Virus record (IMG/VR): IMGVR_UViG_3300031519_000117
Location: 1 to 33,129 of that record
DNA length: 33,129 nucleotides
Reading direction: 5' to 3' (one strand)
From: a virus
Lineage: Duplodnaviria > Caudoviricetes
In this document: piece after piece, positions 15,001 to 21,516 of the stretch
Layout: each line of letters begins with the position of its first letter
Numbering within the stretch: the stretch's first letter is position 1
Notes under the pieces: model-generated
What the model saw: only the letters and a program-made list of their open reading frames with translations
The model's database searches: none
What the model was told of the DNA's origin: nothing
Position numbers and translations under genes: made by a program

Positions 15001-15375
15001 TTACCATTTGCTCCAATACCAAACCCAACAAGTGCAGTAGGATGGTATAAAAATACTATTCCTGAAGAGTACTGGGAAGCACAAGATATTGAAGTATTTG
15101 TTGCAGGCAGCAGATTGCGTAAAAAACCAACTAAATTGTATAACTACACTGAGCAAGATTCGCCAGAAGGTGATATTAATTTAGAAGCAGAATTTGCGGT
15201 AAATAAAGCTGTAGGTGCATATGTAAGACTAACAGTACCACCAGCACAAGGATCTACTGTGAATATCTTTAGAACAACCGGAAAAACTTGGTCAGATGTA
15301 GGAGAAACCATTGCAAGTAGCGATTCTAATGTTGCTAAATTCTTGCGTGACCGCACAACTGAGCTACCACGATAA
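1..15375 (+). CDS. Giant virion structural protein (baseplate wedge/tail-associated, >5120 aa), 5'-truncated by the window
   Basis: Frame 1 is open from base 1 (SSDHLPRYFRTQVNNKFLSSTIDQL-MQPG), so ATG76 is probably internal. Contains about five CBM5/12-like W/Y repeats, FG-GAP-like blades (FGTNIAISNDGGLIAVGAPYDD..GKVYVY), 'NPGRGYVQAPTI/NQGSGYLKAPTV' repeats typical of T4-like baseplate proteins and a C-terminal IPT/TIG-like domain. Lies upstream of tail-fibre genes. Confidence 0.85.
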   Translation, partial: SSDHLPRYFRTQVNNKFLSSTIDQLMQPGTAEKLSGYFGQKEAKGRLLNDFYINDVSKSREDYQFEPAIINKDSLNNINFYADYNDVINQLNTLGSSVKDHSLLNRQEYYSWAPNIDWDKFVNFREYFWLPSGPQVVQIAGEKDNVVKTIKVTTVDNGENYGYVFTPDGQTQNPVLTLFRGVTYIFDIDAVGNPLSFRTRKETAGKYTPNVSYTINEQVLYNGSVYLCTNDHYGETDINLDYWKLDTTFNLTTSVSQNGIEKGTIEVTLDQSSPDIIFYMSENDLFASGTINVLELEEATSIDVEAAILGNKTYTSELGIALSNGMKLEFVGNVTPAKYGEGFWYVEGVGESITLRSEVELNVPSSYTSDLSVDFDTTGFDALPFSEAIGYPANKDYITINRASIDGNLWSKYNRWFHKDVIEKSAAINNQIVNLDQTSRATRPIIEFEANLKLFNYGTVIKDSIDLVDNFTTDIFSTIEGSQGYNIDDVDLTNGMRVLFTADTDPLVVGKIYEVQFITFNNVRQITLKETTDTAPLVNEVVLCKQGTTFKGNMLWYNGTIWKKTQQKTELNQQPLFDVYSNTGYSYSNTAYYESSTFAGTQLFTYKQGTGKTDTELGFALSYRSIQNVGDIVFESNFLQDKVSYVMPDDTLVEENINKGYLRKYSGRDSWELLNGWAKADELSSQPVIQQYINDNTRTFFTVDAYERSATLDDLWVRVFVNNDLKFKDKDYSLGQDANENVTVTFINQLTIGDKILLKTKSSAIKTEAGKYQIASNLERNPLNANVNEFTLGEINDHVGTIVEEIGTFDGIFPGVSNLRDLGSISKYGKRIVKHSSPFNLSAYHLVNKDANVIKALKFARREYSKFKRSFIQVATSLGFSGPVKDHVDLILKEITKDKTNLMPFYFSDMVPFTGSTRSTTEVFDSENNFFALNTKFNLTTLSDIAVQVYLNGVQLLHNRDYTFNEQGFVIITAEKVQGDIIDIFEYQTTNGSYIPQTPTKLGLFPKYEPALLQDDTYLETQQVIQGHDGSITIAYGDYRDDLLLELEKRIYNNLKVEYDPALFNIHDYIPGHSRKTDLTHSQINDSMISDFIQWSQLVDNDYTLNTGFERENSFTFNHTGMVDVDEQPVNGYWRSVYKYAYDTDRPHTHPWEMLGFTIKPLWWDTEYGEAPYTSNNLLMWEDIQEGIIRTPGTSGVKLPKYARKFITTHIPVDESGNLISPILSSFIKSYNTTDLNARYEFGDHSPVETAWRKSAEYPFALITSLVLNQPSRTFATIFDRARQIRGTATQINYKVNNTVIALSNIDFPNSIKEATRVYTSGLINYIVDYLAANVSTPYDTYKTELVTINNQIGFKIGGYTTKDKFKLILDSRTPTNQGNVFVPEENYTISLNKSAPIKNITYSGVIIEKQSNGFIVKGYDRETPYFNQYPAIALQNDPLIRIGGISASFVEWTPSKTYVDGAIVEHQNVYYRCTEQHVSSTDFDISKFAKLPEVPVEGGREAYFRKSFKNNIERVSYGTTYKTIQEVVDFLLGYAYYLESEGFCFDYYSADNEFVSNWQTSAKEFMFWSTQNWGAGAVITLSPGAFQLKFKSEYAVVDDIYDTFYGYSLLKADGKKLQSQFVSLTRENAKEFVVKPKATEDGIFAVRLSLVQKEHIVVIDNKTVFGDIIYDLEPGYRQERIKVLGYRTTDWDGSLNIPGFVFDNATVTEWKSWKDYAISDIVKYKEFYYSANNKIPGTENFIDSNWTRLSEKPSMDLKPNWEYKTNQFADFYDLDTDNFDLEQQKFAQHLIGYQNRDYLANIINDDVSQYKFYQGMIQDKGTNNALTKLFDVLSSDNKDSLEFYEEWAIKQGQYGASEGFEEVEFILDEDQFKLQPQSVELVNSTTGSETDLIYRIKPFEVYLRPNDYNHKPFPTTYVKDTYTKNSGYVNNEDVQFVIDDYESIANIEYNDVRNKDMFWVGNVGLSWNVYTLLRLDLELEEVAVDGDTRTLKFATNISTLNVDDYIGIEYVSEDGVNIGKFVKVTKILNNIVTIDDLELSASETVTNTIMTHFVSVRVGTYDEASKLVQTYKQGITRVWVDEDSNNQWKVIENTPGYKNHQVIANSQAGTDHTYGYSLAANNNNTLLCVGAPDNNNGKVFVYVRAGNAGSYQLNQIIEPDSGLADDNEKFGYSIDVDETGRYLVVGSPEASNVRSDFNGEWVTTTNYNPSDIVRYKDNLWSANKEIDGATNAIQFGSFESVAQIMVALLQTEQDDNPRPTILTGDYPFNSEEIDAAFNTDHWIVKAPRDMYDGSGIGDTVKLRWNDLTYANQGTATINSVAPFGGDNPLIDEAYITGDHTIVEKIDSILYVENSTTIPLVGQIIESINGFAEVSYTFNVGAKVTIYVKNQNGTFGTVGSITTSIGEFVGEYITAGPDDTAVDADESWGGYWRFNTPSSYLVANTTNSDLGRGLVYVDVTPIGETNENRFYYNQLDYATNNVNSADTDHNQLITLSFEGSPGPEEVVGSFESGLYVFKAPLALTDQLETELVSQGDPGNPALDIFYNPMPSFLTGELGNRDVATIGLDVNDVNKKHTVYDVWDGWIDFRITKNLGGNPVDPKVGLTVRDVTNLGTAEVVFYQRYDTVNARIYVKNVTGTWAVGNLFNENREIEFLADGSGDPLYDPGAGFRIFGQIEQRSFPSVADGIGKFVVINNGPNIQIQDIDDDVATREDTISNGEYWFFREETVNGIARLPNIPTITNNDWDIIYNVPASTGGTTPVAAGNAATANEGMYSIYERRGIGSFVKVNSFIVPDRKENQYLGTKIKVTQNGSTNKLFVESKGDNTLTNPGRIYIYKNGNFDGVNFGWDSSRNKSYTGVYDTSTVYFTDELVYNNGELYRAATTTGPGAFDNSDWTVLADNEIVDYLGYLPNKTGNIVGENEIIDAVQLTKFAKAFDVDGTGEVIVVTTEYSLEKPNTIEVYRNINGSFYKAQSIEAPNKDTNFGTNIAISNDGGLIAVGAPYDDTESLDQGKVYVYKKQAGAFALSQTLFSPSKEKTELFGWTVDFDGSKLIIGSRNSDSSITTTFDGSGVGNTTPVTTFDNKLTTFKAFAADTGNVRVYERLEDNLIYAETLEFDRDNVIYFGTNVLLKNNHVYVGLPEYNTSDREGVVVDYRIQDNTNVWSILRAAKNTVDVSKIKRAMLYDKSTNKIIEYIDYIDPLQGKIAGPAEQELTYKTYYDPATYTTGTLPNTDPTNSWSGTQEGQLWWDLSNAKFKNPYQLDVIFSATNWNSLFSNSNSIDVYEWVRSKLLPSEWDSLSGTAEGISQGITGTTKSGDNAYVVKRQYNKAIGVFTNYYYYWVKDKSTIPGVEGRALSSKDVASLIKDPSNQQYRFISLIGNDQFAVHNCENLLRDQDIVLSIQYWTIENQNINIHNQYQIVTEGLESSVPNRDIQRKWFDSLVGYDEQDRQVPAPELSDKEKYGILNRPRQGWFVNREEALKQVITRVNSVLAENLVADDKDITSLTDAQPFPSKQSNRWDRSVDTFTELQFVGVAKAEQAKVTPVIEDGQIVRINITNPGRGYVQAPTIKILGIGGAGAELESVIDGQGRVTEIKINSSGTNYPESTLLTIRRYTVLVESDQSLQGKWALYERDTISKEWILVESQSYDVNKYWCYLDWYAAGFSSFTNIDFIIDFSYNLTTINDKIGDIIKIQNVGSGGWLLLRKIDSQDVVDYSINYTTIGRQNGTIEFKNTLYDVSAALVGFDTTSYDVLTFDSLPATETRIILNTIKNNIFVNDLALEYNKLFFASLRYVFAEQSYVDWAFKSSFLKAKHNVGELEQKVNFQNDNLPSYEAYIKEVKPYKTKIREYLSSYEAIDNSQTITADFDLPARYVAAQDSIVPQVVKITDGIIQANNPEELAIFPNKSWADNLGYKVLSVEIADAGAGYTMAPEITIENNNGTVATAIATLGQGGKINKITVVNQGSGYLKAPTVTINGSLGTDGREGKAFAIIGDSAVRSLQTVIKFDRVSGVYEFVTLNTTETFASGGKTFNFNLKWPMDVKTSRVAVFENNEEVLSRRYTYSNILDTSKGYNRYFGQIKFIDPPAANAEIRVDYFKSINLLKAQDRINLAYAPTGDNFGNTLGQLMSGVDYGGVEVTSFDFGGTTGWNSSPWMAQGWDIFDADFEDEIFQLSDDSTRIITFATPLENDTTYNVYKNGIRIDAADWDPSVPSPTNPNALMLTITGAGQTGIALYDDDAPVESTIIVFDEQLIPTAPGDVIIIRKTTSDGSFIADPESYDTAISGGDLVYSTATGLDAASINIDGDGFVTQTTSKGPEEIVPGQVLDTLDLQVYEKPKGGASQITSRNYIGNGVQTIFDIGSVITQTENLFIKVNYNIINKTDFVLNFNTNQLIFNTPPGNNERVSIINVGFSATTILDIDSFTGNGTAIDFLTNAQFEANAVSYVTVNGVTTDVSLIESDDTYDTSGNFVIRFATPPINGAVIQMLIATGGIEIPQQYSTVTIDEIIADGSSTSYQLSQAPFEDKPEQQFVLVKVNNQILEGGYSQTFKVKKNLKEYQLDLTQIPVASINSYDLLVYLNDVELEYLQTWTFEGAGSFDSSLTAQSQPGSTLTLTQGIGEEGDELKIVVVTGSDYRMGYLDSSNDFIKTPDTVYFDSVYPEDTKIEIMQFSNDKSQGIERQSFEVTEKTETTPGTPLYYSFGLLRKGIITLRKPARDSEYVWVTRNGTLLMPNVDYIVTSNKNYVKLAEQPQEGDKLQVIHFAEEIVVNKFGWRQFKDMLNRTHYKRLQELQHLAQPLNWYDDVIEVVDATDLPNPETDSKYPGIIFIEGERIEYFRKAGNTLLQLRRGTLGTGIKQLYEAGAMFMEQGAGATLPYKDDKQVVTVTAGGYSTGSETYENSSGMSVTSVAYDFNNNTAFPLGGQVCTVIGTGFTNRAEIYVGDTLVVTTFISSTELTFVTPALSVGAYDLIVVNPFTSTPIDTPQTSFVLNGGIKYVQVLLPFAPIPNPTSAVGWYKNTIPEEYWEAQDIEVFVAGSRLRKKPTKLYNYTEQDSPEGDINLEAEFAVNKAVGAYVRLTVPPAQGSTVNIFRTTGKTWSDVGETIASSDSNVAKFLRDRTTELPR

Positions 15376-15378
15376 ATA
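15371..15378 (+). promoter_or_regulatory. T4-like late promoter variant (GATAAATA)
   Basis: One mismatch to the T4 gp55 consensus TATAAATA. Overlaps the TAA stop of the giant gene, about 20 nt before ATG15398. The same cGATAAATA occurs at 19929-19937. Confidence 0.65.
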
Positions 15379-15397
15379 CTATTAGTAGGAAACAAAT

Positions 15398-16012
15398 ATG
15401 GCAGACAATTTAAAAGATTTAAACGGAGTATTATTACAAGGGCACATTAAAATTAGTGATCCTGAAAGTGGTGATATTATTGTAGATAAGCGTAATGCAA
15501 TCCATTATGAGAATATGAGTATCTCCTTGGCAGAGTCAATTGGTAACAGTGGCACTGGTTGGATTTATGAAATGAGCTTTGGTAATGGCGGCACAAGCGT
15601 TGACCCTACAGGTATTATTACATACTTAACTCCAAACTCAACAGGTACAAATGCAAGTTTGTACAACCAAACATACACTAAAGTAATTGATGATCAAAGT
15701 GTTAATAACTTAGATCCAATTCGTAATAAGATTGAAACAAGACACGTTAGTGGTACAAACTATACAGACATCCTTGTTAGCTGTTTACTAGATTATGGTG
15801 AACCAAGTGGACAAGATGCGTTTGATAATGCTACAGATGAAACAAGTTCTTATATTTTTGATGAACTTGGTTTGCGAGCGTATTCAGCATCAGGCACAGG
15901 CAGATTATTAACACACGTTATTTTCCATCCTGTACAGAAAAGTTTGAATAGATTAATCCAAGTTGATTATACTGTTAGAGTACAATCACTTTCAGGCTTT
16001 AACGAGGTGTAA
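15398..16012 (+). CDS. Baseplate/tail-fibre attachment-type virion structural protein
   Basis: 204-aa beta-rich ORF with AGGA RBS. Motifs FDELGL and HVIFHPVQKS..IQVDYTVRV resemble phage baseplate or fibre-anchor proteins. Sits between the giant baseplate gene and the fibre genes. Confidence 0.6.
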   Translation: MADNLKDLNGVLLQGHIKISDPESGDIIVDKRNAIHYENMSISLAESIGNSGTGWIYEMSFGNGGTSVDPTGIITYLTPNSTGTNASLYNQTYTKVIDDQSVNNLDPIRNKIETRHVSGTNYTDILVSCLLDYGEPSGQDAFDNATDETSSYIFDELGLRAYSASGTGRLLTHVIFHPVQKSLNRLIQVDYTVRVQSLSGFNEV

Positions 16013-16017
16013 TAGAG

Positions 16018-18057
16018 ATGCCATATACAATTCCATATACAGACGAAGCAAATAACGGTACAATCACTGTAATTGATAATACTATTGACCAAACAACTAG
16101 TTTAAAATTTCCAGGTAAAAATACTACTTCATACGGTACAGCCGTTGCAGAAAACTTTTTACACTTATTGGAAAACTTTTCTAGTAATACAGAGCCGGCA
16201 AGAGCAGTTGAAGGCCAACTTTGGTATGATACAACTCAACCAAGACCGCAACTTAAAGTATATGACGGAACGTATTGGCTACCATCAGGTGGATTAAACA
16301 AAACACCAGGTGCACCAGACGCAGGCAGAGCAGGTACAACAGGCGATTTATGGGTAGACACAGACAATCAACAACTTTACCTTAATTCAGGTTCAGGTTG
16401 GGTACTAGTAGGACCTAGCTTTAGTGACGGTCTTTCTACTGGAGCAACACCATTGACAGTTATAGGTGTTGACAACATTTCATATACTGTATTACAAGTT
16501 GAAGTTGGTGCAAGACCAGTAGCTATTATTAGTAAAGACAGCTTTACACCTAAAGTTGTTATTCCTGGATACACAGTTATTAATCCAGGAGTAAACTTAT
16601 CAACTACAGATTTCTTAGGAACAGGTTCAGTACCTAAGTTTTATGGTATTACAGAAAAAGCTGAAAACTTAATTGTAAACAATACTCCAGTTGCAGCAGG
16701 AAACTTTTTACGTGGCGATGTAAGTAGTACAACACTATTTCCAATAAATGTACAAAACAATACAGGACTTATTATTGGTACAGATGCAGCGTTAAATATT
16801 GGTGTTGACGGTCAAGCAGGTGTAATTAGACACCAAATTGAAGGTTCAAATATTGATTTTCAAATTAAAAATAACGGTACTACTAGAACAGTACTAAGAG
16901 TTGATTCTGCACAGCGAGTTGGTATTAACAACTTTGCTCCTGACGAGTCATTAGACGTAGTTGGAAATATTAAAACAGATTCAAGTATGTTTGTTAATGG
17001 CACTACACAAAGTGATACAACTAACACAGGTAGTATTATTGCCAAAGGCGGCGTAGGTGTTGCTAAAAATTTAAATGTTGGCGGAACAGCACAGGTGCTA
17101 GGAGTTACTACACTTGCTAATACTATTCCAGATGGTAACAACACTAGAGACTTAGGTGCACCAGCATCTAAATGGCGTAATATGTATGCAACAACTTTTG
17201 TTGGTAACGTAACAGGTAACGTAAATGGTACAGTATCAGGTATTGCTGGATCAGCAAACAAACTAACTTCTGCAACAGCATTTAGAATTGCAGGTGACGT
17301 TGCAACTAGTGTTGATGTAGTTTTTGATGGACAAACAGACGGCACCTTAAAAATATTTAATACTACAATTTCAAATGAAATTGTTTCAGGTAAAGATCAA
17401 ACAGTTAATTCACAAATTGATGATGAATTACTAATCAACAGAACAACAGGTGATACGGGACTATATAAAATTTCAAGAGGAAATTTGTTAAAAGCAGTTC
17501 CAACTAACCCTCCAGGAGTGGTAATGCCATATGCAGGAACAGTTATTCCGCAAGATTGGTTATTATGCGACGGGCAAATAGTAAGAATTGCTGACTACGG
17601 CGTATTATTTGAAACAATTGGTTATAGCTTTGGTGCTAGAACTAGTATTGCAGCAGGTAATTTTAGAGTACCAGATTTAAGAGGAAGAACGCCTCTAGGT
17701 GCTGACAATATGGGAGGTGTTAGTGCTGATACTGTAACAGCAGATTATGCAGATGGTATTGGACAAGTTGGTGGTTCAGAATTAGAAGCAATTGCACTTG
17801 AAAACTTACCAGAACACGAACACGATATGCGCGGCGATTCCGGAGACCAGTTCTACGGTATTAGAGATATTAGCGGAACTCCATCAGATGATGATGCTAT
17901 TGTTTATGATGCACCTAATGCTTCTGGTAATGGTCAAGCTCTTTCTAACAGTGGTGGTATTTTAACGCCTGACGTTGACACTGTCTTAGGACAAGCGTTG
18001 AATATTATGAACCCAACATTGACGTTAAACTATATTATCTATACGGGCAGGACATAA
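16018..18057 (+). CDS. Tail fibre protein with C-terminal phage tail-collar domain (short-fibre/gp12-like)
   Basis: GAGGTG RBS. N-terminal module GKN..YG...AENFLHLLENF..GQLWYD. Tail-collar signature PPGVVMPYAG..WLLCDG..LFETIG..FRVPDLRGR at 17509-17700, then HEH and NIMNPTLTLNYII tip motifs. Confidence 0.85.
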   Translation: MPYTIPYTDEANNGTITVIDNTIDQTTSLKFPGKNTTSYGTAVAENFLHLLENFSSNTEPARAVEGQLWYDTTQPRPQLKVYDGTYWLPSGGLNKTPGAPDAGRAGTTGDLWVDTDNQQLYLNSGSGWVLVGPSFSDGLSTGATPLTVIGVDNISYTVLQVEVGARPVAIISKDSFTPKVVIPGYTVINPGVNLSTTDFLGTGSVPKFYGITEKAENLIVNNTPVAAGNFLRGDVSSTTLFPINVQNNTGLIIGTDAALNIGVDGQAGVIRHQIEGSNIDFQIKNNGTTRTVLRVDSAQRVGINNFAPDESLDVVGNIKTDSSMFVNGTTQSDTTNTGSIIAKGGVGVAKNLNVGGTAQVLGVTTLANTIPDGNNTRDLGAPASKWRNMYATTFVGNVTGNVNGTVSGIAGSANKLTSATAFRIAGDVATSVDVVFDGQTDGTLKIFNTTISNEIVSGKDQTVNSQIDDELLINRTTGDTGLYKISRGNLLKAVPTNPPGVVMPYAGTVIPQDWLLCDGQIVRIADYGVLFETIGYSFGARTSIAAGNFRVPDLRGRTPLGADNMGGVSADTVTADYADGIGQVGGSELEAIALENLPEHEHDMRGDSGDQFYGIRDISGTPSDDDAIVYDAPNASGNGQALSNSGGILTPDVDTVLGQALNIMNPTLTLNYIIYTGRT

Positions 18058-18059
18058 GA

Positions 18060-19916
18060 ATGAGTTATAAATTAAATAAAACTGACGGCGAATTACTAGT
18101 AGAGTTAGCAGACGGCATAATTGATACAACAACTACAGATATAACACTAGTAGGTAAAAATTATTCAGGGTTTGGTGAAAGTATTAACGAAAACTTTATC
18201 AAAATGATGGAGAACTTTGCCGGAACTGGTGTTCCAGGAAATCCACTTACAGGACAATTATGGTACGATAGTAGCGAAGCCAGACTAAAATTATACGACG
18301 GAACTACATTTAGAACAGCAGGCGGTCCTATTGTAAGTAATACAAGACCTAATATGGTTGCTGGTGATATATGGATTGATAACGAAAACAACAAAATGTA
18401 TTTTTATGATGGTACTGACTTAGTATTAGTTGGGCCAGAGTATGATGCAGGTCAAGGACAAACAGGATTTGAAGTTGCATCAGTTATTGATATTTCTGCA
18501 CGTGAGCGTGTTGTACTTAAAATATGGATTGGTGGTACACTATTTGGTGTTATTACAAAAGAAGAATTTAGATTAGCAGCTGACAACAAAATTGCAGGAT
18601 TTCCAAATGATCCAGACGACATTGTTGTTCCAGCAAGACAATTATATAGACAAGGTATTAACTTAGTTGATACAGATTTTATTTATAGAGGTACGTCTGA
18701 AAAAACTTTATCATTAGTTAACGCAGACGGTGTTGCATTTACATCAGCTGACTTTTTACCTACAACTGGTAACGGAGAAACAACTGGTAGTATTAAAATT
18801 AAAAAAGCTGCTGGACTAAGTGTTGGTATTGATGATACAGAATATATGACTCTGAAAGTTGATGGTACAACTACAGTACTAGAAAATCAACAAAGCGGAA
18901 CAGACATTGCATTTAGAACTAGATCAGGCAACAGCTTTTCAAATGCATTAAAAATTAAGACACAAACTAGTAGTATTGGCATATTTGTTGACGATCCACA
19001 GTATACACTTGATATTTCAGGAACACTACATACTACAGGTAATACAGTTATTGATGGTGATTTAACAGTAAACGGTGAAGCAACATATGTTAACGTAACT
19101 AACATTCAAGTAGAAGATAAAAATATTGAATTAGGCCAGGGTGACGGTGCAATTGGCACAGATGTTGACATTGACGGCGGCGGAATAATTTTAAAATCAT
19201 CAGACGGTGATAAAAGTATATTATTTGATAACGGTAATGACTCTTTTGATGCTAATATACACTTTAATTTAACTTCAGGTAATTCATTTAAAATTAATGA
19301 TAACCAAGTACTAAGTGCAACAGCGTTAGGCACAGGAATTACAAGCGCATTAGGATTAGCGCAAGTTGGAACACTTGTAGATTTACAAGTAGATAATATT
19401 GAATTAGACGGAACTACCATTAGTACTACTGGGTCGGGACTAATTATAGATTCATCAGGTGATGTTAGTGTTTCAAGTAATAAAATTATAGATGTTAACG
19501 ATCCAACAGCGGCACAAGATGCAGCAACTAAAAATTATGTAGATTTAGAAATTAATTCAGAACCTGTAGTATTTGCATTAGATACTACTGGATTAACAGT
19601 ACCAACAGCTGGTAATCCATATAATGATGTTATTGGAATTATACAAACACTATTTCCAGCAGCAGAAAAAACTAACGGAACGCAAGCAAGAATTTCCTGT
19701 ACTTCATATACAAACGTGCAAGTAACAGGTATTGATGTGCAGAGTGCAATGAGTAAGAGTTATTTGTCAGTATTGTCAGACGATTCATCAGCGCAATCTG
19801 TGGTACAAGATGTTAACTTTAGTCCAGTAAATGCTAATGCTAATTTAACACCAACAAGACAAACTATGACGCTTCAAGTGTCAGGAGGAGTATGGACTTG
19901 GGTCAGTACAGCATAA
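18060..19916 (+). CDS. Tail fibre/spike protein, paralogue of the 16018 gene
   Basis: Same N-terminal module (LVGKNYSGFGESINENFIKMMENF..GQLWYD..GDIWID). Contains IDGDLTVNG beta-repeats and the DPTAAQDAATKNYVD motif common in phage fibres. Confidence 0.8.
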   Translation: MSYKLNKTDGELLVELADGIIDTTTTDITLVGKNYSGFGESINENFIKMMENFAGTGVPGNPLTGQLWYDSSEARLKLYDGTTFRTAGGPIVSNTRPNMVAGDIWIDNENNKMYFYDGTDLVLVGPEYDAGQGQTGFEVASVIDISARERVVLKIWIGGTLFGVITKEEFRLAADNKIAGFPNDPDDIVVPARQLYRQGINLVDTDFIYRGTSEKTLSLVNADGVAFTSADFLPTTGNGETTGSIKIKKAAGLSVGIDDTEYMTLKVDGTTTVLENQQSGTDIAFRTRSGNSFSNALKIKTQTSSIGIFVDDPQYTLDISGTLHTTGNTVIDGDLTVNGEATYVNVTNIQVEDKNIELGQGDGAIGTDVDIDGGGIILKSSDGDKSILFDNGNDSFDANIHFNLTSGNSFKINDNQVLSATALGTGITSALGLAQVGTLVDLQVDNIELDGTTISTTGSGLIIDSSGDVSVSSNKIIDVNDPTAAQDAATKNYVDLEINSEPVVFALDTTGLTVPTAGNPYNDVIGIIQTLFPAAEKTNGTQARISCTSYTNVQVTGIDVQSAMSKSYLSVLSDDSSAQSVVQDVNFSPVNANANLTPTRQTMTLQVSGGVWTWVSTA

Positions 19917-19929
19917 TATTTGCAAAAGC

Positions 19930-19937
19930 GATAAATA
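19930..19937 (+). promoter_or_regulatory. T4-like late promoter variant (GATAAATA)
   Basis: Intergenic, 26 nt upstream of ATG19964, followed by an AGGGG RBS. Confidence 0.65.
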
Positions 19938-19963
19938 TTACAATAAACAGGGGTTAAACAAGT

Positions 19964-21484
19964 ATGGCATATACTATCGACAAATACAACAGAACAGTCC
20001 TAACAGTAGTTGAGGACGGAACTTTAGATCAAACCACTGACATTAAGTTAGTCGGTAAGAACTATGCGGGCTACGGTGAGATACAAAACGAAAACTTTGT
20101 TTTCTTACTAGAAAACTTTAGCGGTTCAACTTCGCCACCAAAAGCAATTTCAGGGCAAATTTGGTTTGACAGTGGACAAAGTAAATTAAAATTTTATGAC
20201 GGCAGCAAATGGCGTACAACAGGCGGCGCCGAAGTACTTCCTACTGCCCCAGCAGGACTCACACAAGGTGATTTTTGGTGGGACACATCAAACGAACAAT
20301 TATATGCTTATAACGGATCAGACTTTGTATTAGTAGGTCCACAAGATGCTGGCGACGGCGTAACCCAAATGCAATCACGTTCAGTACGTGATACTTCAAA
20401 CGTAACCCACTCAGTCATTGTTTCTGTTGTTAATGACACTGTATTACACGTTATTTCAAATGAAGAATTTGTTATTGATAGTGCAGATGCAGAAAATAGA
20501 ATTCCTGGATTTGATGTTGTTAAAAAAGGTATTACACTTATTAACACACTAGCATCAACTAATGGTATTACATCAACTGACCACATTTTTTGGGGTACAG
20601 TATCAAATGCGAAAAAACTTAACGGTATTGATGCAAGTAACTATGTTACTTCTTCCCCAGGTGCTGCAACAACATTTACAAATTTAGTAGAATTTGCAGA
20701 CGCAGGTATAGCAATTGGTGACTCAAATGATTTCCGTGGCTTTATTGAGGACGACAACAAAGCAGTATTACAAAATACTGCAAGTATTATTACAATGAAA
20801 ACATTGACTCTTAATACAGCAGACTCAAATAGACCAGCAGAAACACCAGGATCAGTTGCCCTTAAATCAAACTCTTTTGAACCATCATTTACAGCAGACA
20901 ATGTAACAATTTCAACAATGGATATTGGCGCAGATAATGCAAGATGGAATAGAGTATACGCAACTAACTTTATTGGTACATCAGAAAAGGCATCCGCGCT
21001 AGTTGTTAATGGTAATAATAGACAAGGTGATATTGCAGCAACTTCAAATACTATTGCTGTACGTGACGCTAGTGGCGATTTACGTGCTGGAATATTTAGA
21101 GGTGTTGCACTAACAGCTAAATTTGCTGACTTAGCAGAAAAATACATAACATCAGGAGACTTAATACCTGGTACAGTAGTTGCAGTTAGTGATAAAGACA
21201 ATATTGAAGTAGAAGAAGCTAATATTGGCGATATTGCAATGGGAGTTGTTTCAACAGACCCGGCACTTATTATGAATGAAGGTTTAGAAGGCGGGCAGGC
21301 AATTGCTCTTAAAGGCAGAGTTCCAGTTCGTGTTACAGGACCAGTTAAAAAAGGACAAGCAGTATACGTACACAATGACGGTTGTGCAAGCACAATTATT
21401 AACGGTGGAACACTGGTTGGAATCGCGTTAGCAAATGATATGCACGAAGAAGAAAAATTAGTCGAGTGCGTTCTAAAAGTATAA
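19964..21484 (+). CDS. Tail fibre/spike protein with C-terminal peptidase G2/intramolecular-chaperone-like domain
   Basis: Shared N-terminal module (LVGKNYAGYGEIQNENFVFLLENF..GQIWFD..GDFWWD). The C-terminus at 21125-21484 (ADLAEKY..PGTVV..GVVSTDPALIMN..IALKGRVPVRVTGPVKKG) matches the autocleaving chaperone pattern of phage spikes. Confidence 0.8.
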   Translation: MAYTIDKYNRTVLTVVEDGTLDQTTDIKLVGKNYAGYGEIQNENFVFLLENFSGSTSPPKAISGQIWFDSGQSKLKFYDGSKWRTTGGAEVLPTAPAGLTQGDFWWDTSNEQLYAYNGSDFVLVGPQDAGDGVTQMQSRSVRDTSNVTHSVIVSVVNDTVLHVISNEEFVIDSADAENRIPGFDVVKKGITLINTLASTNGITSTDHIFWGTVSNAKKLNGIDASNYVTSSPGAATTFTNLVEFADAGIAIGDSNDFRGFIEDDNKAVLQNTASIITMKTLTLNTADSNRPAETPGSVALKSNSFEPSFTADNVTISTMDIGADNARWNRVYATNFIGTSEKASALVVNGNNRQGDIAATSNTIAVRDASGDLRAGIFRGVALTAKFADLAEKYITSGDLIPGTVVAVSDKDNIEVEEANIGDIAMGVVSTDPALIMNEGLEGGQAIALKGRVPVRVTGPVKKGQAVYVHNDGCASTIINGGTLVGIALANDMHEEEKLVECVLKV

Positions 21485-21487
21485 ATA
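21480..21487 (+). promoter_or_regulatory. T4 late promoter consensus TATAAATA
   Basis: Exact consensus overlapping the TAA stop at 21482-21484, about 30 nt before ATG21517, with an AGAGGT RBS in between. Confidence 0.75.
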
Positions 21488-21516
21488 ACTACGTATATAA
21501 TTAAGAGGTACAAAAA

